Shown here piece by piece: positions 49,412-59,240 of a stretch of 64,000 nt of DNA (position 1 is its first letter; every line of letters starts with the position of its first letter). The DNA is from an uncultured Alphaproteobacteria bacterium (GTDB taxonomy: Bacteria > Pseudomonadota > Alphaproteobacteria > Rhodobacterales > Rhodobacteraceae), in assembly GCA_902560505.1 (NCBI GenBank), contig CACELY010000001.1, forward strand, positions 14,800 through 78,799, given 5' to 3'. The notes beneath the pieces were generated by a model that was given only the letters and a program-made list of their open reading frames with translations, did not search any database and was not told the DNA's origin. The position numbers and the translations under genes were made by a program.

Positions 49412-51076
49412 ATGTGGTTTTTTATTAAAGATTTATTCTTTTTTTACATCGAAAAATTTTTTCTGAATATATCAAGACAGTTTGCCCGGGTATTTTCGGA
49501 TCAAAAAAGATTTTCGGTTTTAAGAACACTACCGTGCGCAAACATAGGCAATGAAGAGACAGGTCAGCAACTATTAAAAAAAATAAATGTATTCGGTAAT
49601 GTTATCCTAGACGTCAAGACTGATAATCCATGGCGCATTTTACCTTTTTCTGATGAGGTTGAAGTCGGAATCGATGGTTTTCTATGGCTAAATGACCTTT
49701 CAATTGTAAATAACCAGAGCTCCAGAGAGTTATCGCAAGCATGGATAGAAACGTTTCCCTTGAACCGATTAAACAAAAATGTGCAATCAAGCTCTTCAAG
49801 ATTAGGGGCAATAGTTAGAAGTTATATATATTTAGAAAATTGTAGTAAAAGTGAACAATTAAAAAAAATAAATAAGATGTTAAAGAACGACTACCTTTTC
49901 TTAAACTTTTATAAAAATTTTTCATTTAATATTTTGGAGCGGCTTTGCATTTGTCACAGTTTGGTTTTGTCTGGATATGCCTTTAACTTTACAAAAAAAA
50001 AGCAAAAAAAGGTTATCAAATATATGATAAAATTATTTCTTATTTATAAGAATAAATTAAAAAAAGGCCAAATAAGAAGTCCGGAAGAGTTATCAAAAGT
50101 ATTTTTTTTGCTTCTCGAAACAATTGAAATTGCAACAAAGCTTGAGAGTAACAAGCCGCCCTCTGAGGAAAAAGAATTAAGAAAAATCTCATATTTTTTT
50201 GGTTCCTCTTTAAGGTATTTGCAGTTTGATAATGGAAGCTTAGTTAGCGCCCATGGTGGGAGTTTAGGAGATTACGATAGATATGTAAGGCTTTTAGGAG
50301 AAATTAAAAACTATAAAGATGGTGATGACGTAAGTGACTTAGGTTTCAAGCGGCTTAATGGAGCTAGATTGTCAATGATTATTGATGCTAGCGCCCCTCT
50401 TTACGGAAGAAGAAGTGGAATTGCGCATGCAGGATTTTCATCTTTTGAGTTGTACTATGGAACCAAGGCTATTTTTGTAAACTGTGGGGGTGGTAGCAGG
50501 TTTGGGCATCAATACAGGAAATATTGTCAAAGCTCTAAGGCACACAACGTTTTGTTGTTTAATGAAAAGTCACAATGTTCTTTTGGAAAAAATATTTTTT
50601 CAAGAGGAAATTCTAATTATTTCATAAAGGATGGGCCTAGGAACACTAAGATAAGCTGTGAAAATTCTATAACTGAAAAAACCGTAGAGTTGTCTCATGA
50701 TGCATACAAAAAAGACTATAACATATCCGTTAGCAGGAGACTTTCAATGGATCTTGTAAAAAACTGTGTGAATGGACAGGATACAGTATTTCCTGAAGGT
50801 AAGTTAAAAAAAAATTTAATTGATGCCTCTGTTACTCTCTATTTTCATTTACACCCTTCAATTTCTTGCAAAAAGAGGAGACATGGAGTGATGCTCGAAA
50901 TTCCAGGTAATAAAAAAATGTTTTTTTCACATAAAGGAGGAAATTTACGCCTTGAAAAGTCAACATACACCGGTAACTTTAATGAACCTCAGGAAATAAC
51001 AATGATGGTTATTGAAAGTAGTGTCAAACAAAGTGAAGGAAAAATAAATTGGAAATTAGAGGAGTTTATTGATTGA
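49412..51076 (+). CDS. heparinase II/III-like family protein (function unknown)
   Basis: 554 aa. The assignment rests on its size, the C-terminal HAGFSSFELYYG...HNVLLF pattern and its conserved position between rsmB and purH in alphaproteobacteria. Motif-level support is modest. Confidence 0.5.
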   Translation: MWFFIKDLFFFYIEKFFLNISRQFARVFSDQKRFSVLRTLPCANIGNEETGQQLLKKINVFGNVILDVKTDNPWRILPFSDEVEVGIDGFLWLNDLSIVNNQSSRELSQAWIETFPLNRLNKNVQSSSSRLGAIVRSYIYLENCSKSEQLKKINKMLKNDYLFLNFYKNFSFNILERLCICHSLVLSGYAFNFTKKKQKKVIKYMIKLFLIYKNKLKKGQIRSPEELSKVFFLLLETIEIATKLESNKPPSEEKELRKISYFFGSSLRYLQFDNGSLVSAHGGSLGDYDRYVRLLGEIKNYKDGDDVSDLGFKRLNGARLSMIIDASAPLYGRRSGIAHAGFSSFELYYGTKAIFVNCGGGSRFGHQYRKYCQSSKAHNVLLFNEKSQCSFGKNIFSRGNSNYFIKDGPRNTKISCENSITEKTVELSHDAYKKDYNISVSRRLSMDLVKNCVNGQDTVFPEGKLKKNLIDASVTLYFHLHPSISCKKRRHGVMLEIPGNKKMFFSHKGGNLRLEKSTYTGNFNEPQEITMMVIESSVKQSEGKINWKLEEFID

Positions 51077-52662
51077 AATCAGGAACAACACCGATCCGCA
51101 GGGCATTAATAAGTGTTAGTGACAAGACTAATCTGGAGGATTTAGGAAAATTTCTAGAAGGATTGGGTGTAGAGCTCGTCTCTACAGGAGGAACTGCTCG
51201 GTATTTAAAAACAGTGGGCTTAAACGTTAAAGAGGTGAGCGATATAACAGGATTTCCTGAGATTTTGAATGGTCGGGTCAAAACACTCCATCCAAAAGTT
51301 CATGCTCCGATACTATTTGATAGGGATGATACGGGTAGCATTAAAGAGTTAAGAAAAATGGGCTCAAAAGCTATAGACCTAGTAGTTATTAATCTTTATC
51401 CTTTTGAAACTACTCTAAAAAGTAGGCCCCCCAGAAAAGACATAATCGATAATATCGACATAGGAGGGGTAGCTCTTATGAGGGCAGCAGCCAAGAACTT
51501 TGATCATGTAATGGTTATTTCTGATCCAACAGATTATATCCAATTAAAAAAAGAGCTTACAAATTTTCAAGGATGTACGCGACAAAAAACGAGAAAATTT
51601 TTTGCGGGAAAAGCGTTTTCCCAAACATCTTATTACGATCACTTAATTACGGAATGGTTTTTATCAAAAAAGCAGCTTAAAGATACTAAAAGCCGACTGT
51701 TTGGTGGGTCATCAACAGAGGTTTTGAAGTATGGGGAGAATCCTCACCAAGAGGCATCCTATCTCAATAGTCCTGATTTAGAAAGAAAAGCAAAATATCT
51801 TGTAAAAATTTTACATGGAGCTTTATCTTACAATAACCTCGCTGATACGACGGCAGCCTACAAAATATTATGTGAGCTTGAAGATTACAACAAATCATCC
51901 TGTGTAATTATAAAGCATGGAAATCCGTGCGGAGTAGCAATTGATAACAAAATTTTAGGTGCTTATAAAAAAAGCTTTGAAACAGACCCTATATCTGCTT
52001 TTGGAGGAATTGTTGCTGTAAATCAGAAAGTTGATGAAAAACTAGCAAAGAGAATATTAAGCGTATTTACAGAGGTGATAATCGCAAAAAGCTTTTCACC
52101 AGAGGCTTTTAAAATGCTGAGTTTTAAAAAGAACATCAAGATAGTTGAAATAAAGAGCTTTGATAGAACATTATTACATACAGAGGAGGTTAGGTCAGTC
52201 ATAGGAGGATATCTTGTACAGGAAACGTCTTTAAGTAAACCAAATGAAGAGGAATTTAAAGTAGTAACGAAAAGAAGACCGAGCAAAAAAGAATTTGATA
52301 ACTTAGTTTTTCTATGGAAGATAGTTAAACACGTAAAATCAAACGCTATCGTTGTTGGAAAAAACCTGTGCATAACTGGAATTGGAGCTGGACAGACCAA
52401 CAGGGTAGGGAGTGTGAAAATAGCAATAGAAAATTCGAGAAGGTTAGAAAAAAATTATACAAATAACACGAAAACCATATCCAATGGTATGGCTTCAGAT
52501 GCTTTTTTTCCATTTCCTGACTCAATTAAAATGGCTTCTCGAAAAGGAATTTCTTGTATAATTCAGCCTGGGGGATCAATAAACGATTTGGACGTTATTA
52601 AGGCAGCCGATAAGCTAAATATCTCAATGGTTTTTACAAAAAGGAGGCTTTTCAGTCATTAA
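51073..52662 (+). CDS. purH: bifunctional AICAR transformylase / IMP cyclohydrolase
   Basis: 529 aa. RALISVSDKTNLEDL, STGGTARYL, GRVKTLHPKVH, and the C-terminal GGSINDLDVI...MVFTKRRLFSH. TTGA overlap with the upstream stop. Confidence 0.97.
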   Translation: MKSGTTPIRRALISVSDKTNLEDLGKFLEGLGVELVSTGGTARYLKTVGLNVKEVSDITGFPEILNGRVKTLHPKVHAPILFDRDDTGSIKELRKMGSKAIDLVVINLYPFETTLKSRPPRKDIIDNIDIGGVALMRAAAKNFDHVMVISDPTDYIQLKKELTNFQGCTRQKTRKFFAGKAFSQTSYYDHLITEWFLSKKQLKDTKSRLFGGSSTEVLKYGENPHQEASYLNSPDLERKAKYLVKILHGALSYNNLADTTAAYKILCELEDYNKSSCVIIKHGNPCGVAIDNKILGAYKKSFETDPISAFGGIVAVNQKVDEKLAKRILSVFTEVIIAKSFSPEAFKMLSFKKNIKIVEIKSFDRTLLHTEEVRSVIGGYLVQETSLSKPNEEEFKVVTKRRPSKKEFDNLVFLWKIVKHVKSNAIVVGKNLCITGIGAGQTNRVGSVKIAIENSRRLEKNYTNNTKTISNGMASDAFFPFPDSIKMASRKGISCIIQPGGSINDLDVIKAADKLNISMVFTKRRLFSH

Positions 52663-52846
52663 ATATTGGCTTGGACTCTGATGCTAAAAGTATTGGTACG
52701 CCGTCTCGCACTGGAAACTTTATTTTAGCAACTTTAGATATCAGATAATTTTCATTTTTATCATAATACAGCGCTCCACCACTAATGGGACACACCAACA
52801 ATCTCGTAAGATAACTATTGAACTCATTTTTTTTCTTATTGGACAT
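52652..52846 (-). CDS. Trm112 family protein
   Basis: 64 aa. LLVCPISGGAL...FPVRDGVPILL is the Trm112/DUF343 signature. Confidence 0.85.
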   Translation of the reverse strand: MSNKKKNEFNSYLTRLLVCPISGGALYYDKNENYLISKVAKIKFPVRDGVPILLASESKPIFND

Positions 52847-53483
52847 ATCGACTTTCTAGGTCATTTTCCGATGATAGCTTCATCAATGTTACTAAAACGT
52901 CTAACCTCTTGACTATCGTTTCCGCCTCTAAAAGAACCTGCTTTTCCTCAGGCTCAAACGGACAAAGCATAGATAAAGAGTTCACAAGAACTTCTTCTCT
53001 AGCTTTTTTGAGCACGTCCCAGTCGGATGCAATTTGTGCGCTATCTAAATACTTTTTCAAAATTTCTAAAAAACCGTTTCTGTCAAAACTGTTTATACCT
53101 TCGAAGGGAACAAGGTCATTACTGTAAAAACCCCAATCTATTTCAGACAATATATAAGGCTTTTGATCCTCCATTTCTTTTCTAAAATTAAATCTCGATA
53201 CGCCTTCTAAGGTAATAAGGTATCTTCCGTCTTCAGTTTCAGTAAATGAAACAATTCTGCCCGCACACCCTACTTTTTGAAACTTATTTGTTCCAGTCAG
53301 ATTGTTTCTTTTATCTAATTTAATAGGCTGAATCATTCCTATCAGTCTATGTTTTGTGGCAAGTGTGTCTTCAACCATTCTTATGTACCTTGGCTCAAAT
53401 ATATTGAGCGGAAGTCTGCTATTAGGAAGTAACAATGCACCTGGCAGAGGAAAAAGAGGTATATTTTTAGGTAATTTTTCCAT
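52836..53483 (-). CDS. LON N-terminal (substrate-binding) domain protein
   Basis: 215 aa. IPLFPLPGALLLPNSRLPLNIFEPRYIRMV is typical of the Lon N-domain. Confidence 0.85.
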   Translation of the reverse strand: MEKLPKNIPLFPLPGALLLPNSRLPLNIFEPRYIRMVEDTLATKHRLIGMIQPIKLDKRNNLTGTNKFQKVGCAGRIVSFTETEDGRYLITLEGVSRFNFRKEMEDQKPYILSEIDWGFYSNDLVPFEGINSFDRNGFLEILKKYLDSAQIASDWDVLKKAREEVLVNSLSMLCPFEPEEKQVLLEAETIVKRLDVLVTLMKLSSENDLESRYVQ

Positions 53484-53490
53484 ACGTTAT

Positions 53491-54360
53491 TCAAACAAAA
53501 ATCAGGGATGTAAGCGCTCTTCGCCCTTTTTTGGAGAGCTCGTTCTCAGAACCGAGATGATCAAAAATTAACAGTAGCTGTTTTTTTGCATAACCATCCT
53601 TCCATTCCTTGTCTTTTCTAAACATCTCTAAAAGAACGTCTATACACTCGGAGAAATTATTCTCCTTAAAGAGTATTTTAGAATAATTCATCTTGCAATC
53701 TAGGTCGGCGGGGTTTTTCCGCATTCTATCTAAAATTTCTTTCTTGCTATCTTCGACATCATTACTCTTCATAAGCTCATAAGATGAAATAGCACCTTTG
53801 ACCGCATTATCTTTAAGTATTTCAGGTGACAAATTTTCTATTAGTTTCTCGACACTGTCAAAGTCGCCTAATCCAATATTTGACCTTATTAATAAAGAAT
53901 AATTCTCTGGGGATGGACTGGACTTAATTAGCTCTTCGGATGCTAGTTTTACCTCCTCAAACCTTCCTTCTGAAAGTAATATTTCAAACTCTTCAGATAT
54001 ATTCGAATTATTTTTTGAAAATTTTTTTATGAGTGTGTCTAAAAATTTTTCCACTTCGGGTTCGGTTTTGGCGCCCATAAATCCATCAACTGGTTGACCG
54101 TCTGAAAAAGCGAAGACTGCGGGGATAGACTGTACTCTAAGTTGAGAGGCAATACTTTGATTTTCGTCTACATTAACTTTAACTACCTCAAGATGTTCCT
54201 TCTTTTTCGTTGCTTGATTTTCCAGAATGGGAGTTAAGGCTTTGCATGGACCACACCATGGAGCCCAAAAATCAACTATTACTATTTTTTCTTTGGATTT
54301 TTCAATAACCTCGGGGACAAATGTATTTTCACTTACATCCTTTATAGAATCTGCTAGCAT
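53491..54360 (-). CDS. thioredoxin-domain co-chaperone (YbbN-like, Trx + TPR-like tail)
   Basis: 289 aa. FWAPWCGPCK active site, then a helical C-terminal half. Confidence 0.85.
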   Translation of the reverse strand: MLADSIKDVSENTFVPEVIEKSKEKIVIVDFWAPWCGPCKALTPILENQATKKKEHLEVVKVNVDENQSIASQLRVQSIPAVFAFSDGQPVDGFMGAKTEPEVEKFLDTLIKKFSKNNSNISEEFEILLSEGRFEEVKLASEELIKSSPSPENYSLLIRSNIGLGDFDSVEKLIENLSPEILKDNAVKGAISSYELMKSNDVEDSKKEILDRMRKNPADLDCKMNYSKILFKENNFSECIDVLLEMFRKDKEWKDGYAKKQLLLIFDHLGSENELSKKGRRALTSLIFV

Positions 54361-54386
54361 TTTAGAAACATCCTTTCCCCTTGAAG

Positions 54387-54968
54387 TTAATATAAGTCAT
54401 TAAATCTATTAACAAACTTTTTTCTTATAAAAAATGGTGGCTGTGGTAATAAACTGTTCTCATATCCTTTAATTTCTTCATGTTTTCCAAATATTCTGTC
54501 AGCCTCCTGTTTTGAAAACCCTGCAAGATGTATAGCTTCCAACCAAGCAGCCTTTTTGTCTGCTAACTTGACGCGTCTTTTTATTATTTTAATTTTTTTT
54601 GTTGGAATATTGAACCTTATACAAATTGCTCTTGTTAACTTTTCATCCAATTCTTCATAAGTGTTACCCAAATGAGATTTTAGAGGAGAGATCATATCTC
54701 CTATCACATATTCAGCAGAGTCGTGGAGTAAAGCAAATAACTTCGAAGGATTATCCATTTGCGGGAATTGCTTTGCAAAAATATTTTCAACTAAAAGACT
54801 GTGCTGTGCTACTGAAAAAGGGTATTCTCCGATAGTTTGACCATTCCATCTGGCTAAAAACGATAGGCCATGCGCTATATCTTCTATTTCTATATCAAGA
54901 GGGCTTGGGTCTAATAGCTCAAGCCTTCTACCTGAAAGCATCCTTTGCCATTCCCTTTTTATTTTCAT
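54387..54968 (-). CDS. HD-domain phosphohydrolase
   Basis: 193 aa. [10 protein letters not shown]...[18 protein letters not shown] contains the H...HD...D metal motif. Confidence 0.75.
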   Translation of the reverse strand: MKIKREWQRMLSGRRLELLDPSPLDIEIEDIAHGLSFLARWNGQTIGEYPFSVAQHSLLVENIFAKQFPQMDNPSKLFALLHDSAEYVIGDMISPLKSHLGNTYEELDEKLTRAICIRFNIPTKKIKIIKRRVKLADKKAAWLEAIHLAGFSKQEADRIFGKHEEIKGYENSLLPQPPFFIRKKFVNRFNDLY

Positions 54969-55031
54969 TTTGAAGTTGCAAAAATTATTATAACTCCTAT
55001 TAATTATAAAGGTTTTTGTAAGGAAAATAAA

Positions 55032-56426
55032 ATGAGTAAAGATTTTATCGTGAAAGATATCAGTTTGGCTTTATTCGGAAGAAAAGAGATAGCTATTGCT
55101 GAAACAGAAATGCCAGGATTGATGGCCATAAGAAAAGAGTTTGAAGGAAAAAAGCCACTTAAAGGGGCAAGAATTGCAGGAAGCCTCCATATGACAATTC
55201 AAACAGCTGTCTTAATAGAGACACTGGTCGATTTAGGCGCAGATGTTCGTTGGGCAAGTTGTAATATCTTTTCTACACAAGATCACGCTGCAGCAGCTAT
55301 AGCGGAAAGTGGTGTTCCTGTTTTTGCTTATAAAGGTGAAACCCTCGATGAATACTGGGAATATGCTGATAAAATATTTCTTTTTAAGGAAGAAACAGCG
55401 AACCTAATCCTAGATGACGGCGGTGATGCAACTATGTATGTTCTATTAGGATCGCGGGCAGAGAGTGGAGACACGGAATTTTTGGAAAAACCATCTTCAG
55501 AGGAAGAGGAAGCGCTTTTTAAACAAATTAAAAAGAGATTACAATCAAGTAAAGGCTGGTTTACGAAACAAAAGGAGTCAATTCTTGGAGTTTCAGAGGA
55601 GACAACTACAGGTGTAAACCGGTTGTATCAGTTAGAGCGGGAAGGTAAGCTACCTTTTCCTGCAATTAACGTAAATGATAGCGTTACAAAGTCTAAATTT
55701 GATAACAAATATGGCTGTAAAGAATCGTTAGTAGATGGTATAAGAAGAGCAACAGATACTATGATGGCAGGTAAAGTTGCAGTCGTTTGTGGTTACGGTG
55801 ACGTGGGAAAAGGATCAGCAGCATCATTACGAGGAGCCGGAGCCCGCGTAAAGGTTACGGAAGTAGATCCTATTTGCGCACTGCAAGCCGCGATGGATGG
55901 TTTCGAAGTGGTAACATTAGAAGACACAGTCGAAACAGCAGATGTATTTATAACAGCTACAGGAAACAAAGATGTTATAAAGCTAGACCATATGAGGAAT
56001 ATGAAAAATATGGCTATCGTTGGAAACATTGGTCATTTTGACAACGAAATCGAAGTCGCTGCTCTCAAAAATCAAAAATGGACAAAAATAAAAGACCAAG
56101 TTGATATGGTGGAAATGGCTTCAGGTAGAAATATAATTCTATTGTCTGAAGGCAGATTGCTTAATCTTGGAAATGCAACTGGTCATCCATCTTTTGTAAT
56201 GTCCGCAAGCTTTAGTAATCAAGTCTTAGCCCAAATCGAGCTGTGGAAAAATGGTAAGAATTATTCCAATAGCGTATACACGTTGCCAAAACATCTGGAT
56301 GAAAAAGTTGCAAGGTTGCACTTAGAGAAAATAGGAGTGAAACTTACAAAATTAGAGAAAGATCAGGCTGATTATATTGGTGTAAATGAAGCCGGACCAT
56401 TTAAAAGCGACAGCTATCGCTATTAA
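55032..56426 (+). CDS. ahcY: adenosylhomocysteinase
   Basis: The conserved N-terminus [31 protein letters not shown] starts at ATG 55032, after AAGGAAAA. NAD motif [13 protein letters not shown]-terminal ...SDSYRY. Confidence 0.97.
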   Translation: MSKDFIVKDISLALFGRKEIAIAETEMPGLMAIRKEFEGKKPLKGARIAGSLHMTIQTAVLIETLVDLGADVRWASCNIFSTQDHAAAAIAESGVPVFAYKGETLDEYWEYADKIFLFKEETANLILDDGGDATMYVLLGSRAESGDTEFLEKPSSEEEEALFKQIKKRLQSSKGWFTKQKESILGVSEETTTGVNRLYQLEREGKLPFPAINVNDSVTKSKFDNKYGCKESLVDGIRRATDTMMAGKVAVVCGYGDVGKGSAASLRGAGARVKVTEVDPICALQAAMDGFEVVTLEDTVETADVFITATGNKDVIKLDHMRNMKNMAIVGNIGHFDNEIEVAALKNQKWTKIKDQVDMVEMASGRNIILLSEGRLLNLGNATGHPSFVMSASFSNQVLAQIELWKNGKNYSNSVYTLPKHLDEKVARLHLEKIGVKLTKLEKDQADYIGVNEAGPFKSDSYRY

Positions 56427-57536
56427 TTAAACTTTCCGTCCCCGCTTTCCAAAGCCTAGAGAATGTTGATTGTCTAGGTCAATAGGCCACCTTGGTCTTG
56501 GGGACAAGTCCATATCGTCAACTTGTCCTTCTAAATACATTTGTGTTCCCGCATACGCGATCATTAAGCCGTTGTCTGTGCACAGATCTAGTGGCGGTGC
56601 AGAGAATCGGACTCCGAGATTATCACATAGCTCCCTCAGTGAATTTCTTATTTCCTTATTTGCTGCAACACCACCTGCTAATGAAAAGGATAGACTTTCC
56701 ACAGAAGAAACCTTGGAGAATAGTTCTATAGCTTTTTTTGTTTTCTGCTCAAAAATTAATCTCATAGATTTTTGAAACGATGCGCAAATATCTCTTTGAT
56801 CACGCAAATATAGGCCAGACTGTTTTTCAACTAGATAATCTACTTGTCTTCTTACGGACGATTTAAGGCCAGAAAAGGAAAGGTCACAGTCATTTTTATT
56901 GATTAGTGGCAATGGAAATGAAAACCGACTTTTATCACCTTTTTCCGCCCACTTTTCCACCTCTGATCCTGAAAATATAGGAAGGCTCAACATTTTTGCT
57001 ACTTTATCAAAAACCTCACCTGGAGCATCATCTATAGTTGTTCCAAGCCTCTTTATTTCATTCGCTCCCAAAACGGCTAAATATTGGCAATGACCACCTG
57101 AAGCTAAAAGCAGTAGATAAGGATAGCTTAGATCATCTGTCATTTGAGGTGTGAGCGCATGACCAACGAGGTGATTAACACCAATCAGTGGTTTTTCTGT
57201 TGAAAAAGCCAATCCTTTCGCAAAATTTATACCTGAGATAAGACCTCCAATTAATCCTGGCCCCTGTGTTACACAAATAATATCAATATCATAAAGTTTA
57301 ATGTTATTTTCTTTGAGAGCTTTTTTAAAGCATGTATCCACTCTTTCTGAGTGGGCACGCGCCGCAATTTCCGGTACGATACCGCCGTAGCCTTTATGGA
57401 GTTTTTCTTGAGATAGTGTCACAAGTCCCAGTTTTTCTGAAACCAGTATATTATCTTTACGAGTTACTTTGATAACGCCTATTGAAGTGTCATCGCAGCT
57501 ACTTTCGATTCCTAGTGCTATGATAGACTTGTGCAT
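56427..57536 (-). CDS. tsaD: tRNA N6-threonylcarbamoyladenosine synthase TsaD
   Basis: 369 aa. ALGIESSCDDTS, HSERV, GPGLIGGLISG, GVNHLVGH and LAGGVAAN. Confidence 0.95.
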   Translation of the reverse strand: MHKSIIALGIESSCDDTSIGVIKVTRKDNILVSEKLGLVTLSQEKLHKGYGGIVPEIAARAHSERVDTCFKKALKENNIKLYDIDIICVTQGPGLIGGLISGINFAKGLAFSTEKPLIGVNHLVGHALTPQMTDDLSYPYLLLLASGGHCQYLAVLGANEIKRLGTTIDDAPGEVFDKVAKMLSLPIFSGSEVEKWAEKGDKSRFSFPLPLINKNDCDLSFSGLKSSVRRQVDYLVEKQSGLYLRDQRDICASFQKSMRLIFEQKTKKAIELFSKVSSVESLSFSLAGGVAANKEIRNSLRELCDNLGVRFSAPPLDLCTDNGLMIAYAGTQMYLEGQVDDMDLSPRPRWPIDLDNQHSLGFGKRGRKV

Positions 57537-57584
57537 AGTTATATATTACATTAATTGAAAAATTATTAATTAGAAAATCAGAGA

Positions 57585-58511
57585 ATGAGTAAAGGTAGTT
57601 ATCTAGAAAAATTAATTATTGGCACAAGAGGCTCTCCTTTGGCTTTAGCACAAGCCAATGAAGTAAGAAATAAATTATTATCATTAAATCAAATAGATCC
57701 TGAAAAAGTAAAAATAGAAATCATAAAAACGAGTGGCGACAAGTTTTTGAATACGTCACTATCAAAAATTGGGGGAAAAGGCTTGTTTACGAAGGAAATT
57801 CAACAAGCTCTTATCGACAAGCGAATAGACATAGCTGTTCACTCTATGAAAGATGTTGAAACGGACCTCCCAGAAAAATTGGTTATCTCAACTATCTTAA
57901 AGCGCGAAGATGTAAGAGACTCTTTCATATCGAGAAGATACTCATCCATCGCAGATTTGCCCCTGGGGTCTGTTGTTGGAACATCATCTCTTCGAAGAAA
58001 GGCACAGTTACTAAACAAGCGAAAGGATTTAAAGGTGGTTGAGTTTAGAGGAAATGTTCAAAAAAGACTTGAAAAGTTAGACAACAACGTGGCTGTTGCA
58101 ACCTTTTTAGCTACTGCAGGATTAAATAGACTTGGTTTAGTTGAGTTGATTAACCCTATATCAACAGATGAAATGTTGCCTGCTGTTGCTCAGGGAGCTG
58201 TTGGAATTGAGCATTTACGCAGCGAAAAAATGGAAGAATTTTTAGCACCTCTCAATGACAGTGTATCAAAGAAAAGAGTTGAGGCTGAAAGAGCATTCTT
58301 GAGGGAGTTAGACGGATCCTGTAGAACGCCTATCGGAGGATTGGCGCAAAAAAATAATGAAGAATTTAAATTTACGGGAGAAATTATAAGTGCTAATGGC
58401 GAGGTAAAGATACATAATGTTTGGCAAGGGGACTGGGCCATGGCGGTAGAAATTGGACGCGAGGCAGGAAGAGAGATAAAGTCAAAAGGAGGAAAAAATT
58501 TCTTCCAGTAA
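57585..58511 (+). CDS. hemC: hydroxymethylbilane synthase (porphobilinogen deaminase)
   Basis: 308 aa. LIIGTRGSPLALAQA, GGKGLFTKEIQQAL...DIAVHSMKDV, and LDGSCRTPIGG. Confidence 0.96.
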   Translation: MSKGSYLEKLIIGTRGSPLALAQANEVRNKLLSLNQIDPEKVKIEIIKTSGDKFLNTSLSKIGGKGLFTKEIQQALIDKRIDIAVHSMKDVETDLPEKLVISTILKREDVRDSFISRRYSSIADLPLGSVVGTSSLRRKAQLLNKRKDLKVVEFRGNVQKRLEKLDNNVAVATFLATAGLNRLGLVELINPISTDEMLPAVAQGAVGIEHLRSEKMEEFLAPLNDSVSKKRVEAERAFLRELDGSCRTPIGGLAQKNNEEFKFTGEIISANGEVKIHNVWQGDWAMAVEIGREAGREIKSKGGKNFFQ

Positions 58512-59217
58512 AGAAATTCTTTTAACGCGGACTCTTAAAGACAGCTGCCGTTTCAAAGAAATGTTACAAAAAGAAAAGTTCAACGGTAGGGTTTTGATTT
58601 ATCCCCTCTTGGAAATAGAGTTCCAAAATATAAGTGTAAACCTAGAGAGAGCGGATATTTTAGTCTTTACATCCGTTTATGCTTTAGAAAAATTTAATAT
58701 AGAATTGAAAAACTCGGAAACACCTATTTTTGCCGTTGGGCAAAGATGTGATGAATTTCTTAGAAAAATAGGAGCAAAGGAGACATTTATTTTCTCAAAT
58801 GTAAAGCAGTTGCTTGATAGCTTAAAAGACTACTGTAGTAACAAAAGAGCTACTATATTTTATTTGCGAGGTGACGAAATATCTTTCGACTTAAAGGCGG
58901 ATCTTTCAAAGTATAACTTTAATTGTGAAGAGTATGTGGTTTATAAGCAGAAAAGGCCTGTTCAGCAAAGAGAACTAGACAATGTCTTAGCCAGAAAACA
59001 GTTGGAGGGCATCGCTCTATTCTCAGAAAAATCCGTGGACAGTTTGACAAAGGGCACTTCAGAAAACAATCTCAATAAAATATTTTTCTGTTTTAGCAAA
59101 AAAATTGAAAATAGATTAAGATCGGTCTTAGATAAAGATATTAGATGTAAAACAATTCAAGAGCCTCTGATCTCTGAAATGGTCAAGATGATAGTTAAAG
59201 AGTATGCACGTTATTAA
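58498..59217 (+). CDS. hemD: uroporphyrinogen-III synthase, apparently initiating at ATT
   Basis: The track ORF (ATG 58561) misses the conserved N-terminal strand. The same frame upstream reads ...KEILLTRTLKDS..., compared with ILVTRP in E. coli HemD as I recall it. There is no ATG/GTG/TTG back to TAA 58477..58479. ATT 58498 lies 5 nt after AAGGAGG. A second ATT is at 58516. Confidence 0.75.
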   Translation: MSSSKEILLTRTLKDSCRFKEMLQKEKFNGRVLIYPLLEIEFQNISVNLERADILVFTSVYALEKFNIELKNSETPIFAVGQRCDEFLRKIGAKETFIFSNVKQLLDSLKDYCSNKRATIFYLRGDEISFDLKADLSKYNFNCEEYVVYKQKRPVQQRELDNVLARKQLEGIALFSEKSVDSLTKGTSENNLNKIFFCFSKKIENRLRSVLDKDIRCKTIQEPLISEMVKMIVKEYARY

Positions 59218-59240
59218 GACTAAAATTAAAAAGCTTAAAA

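Noticed and set aside
54969-55031. Possible SAH/SAM riboswitch upstream of ahcY, and a glutamine-type riboswitch upstream of gltB (13378..13553)
   Set aside because: The ahcY leader is only about 63 nt and almost pure AT with no stems. The gltB upstream region shows only a 4-bp GTCT/AGAC repeat and none of the conserved riboswitch core sequences I can recall.
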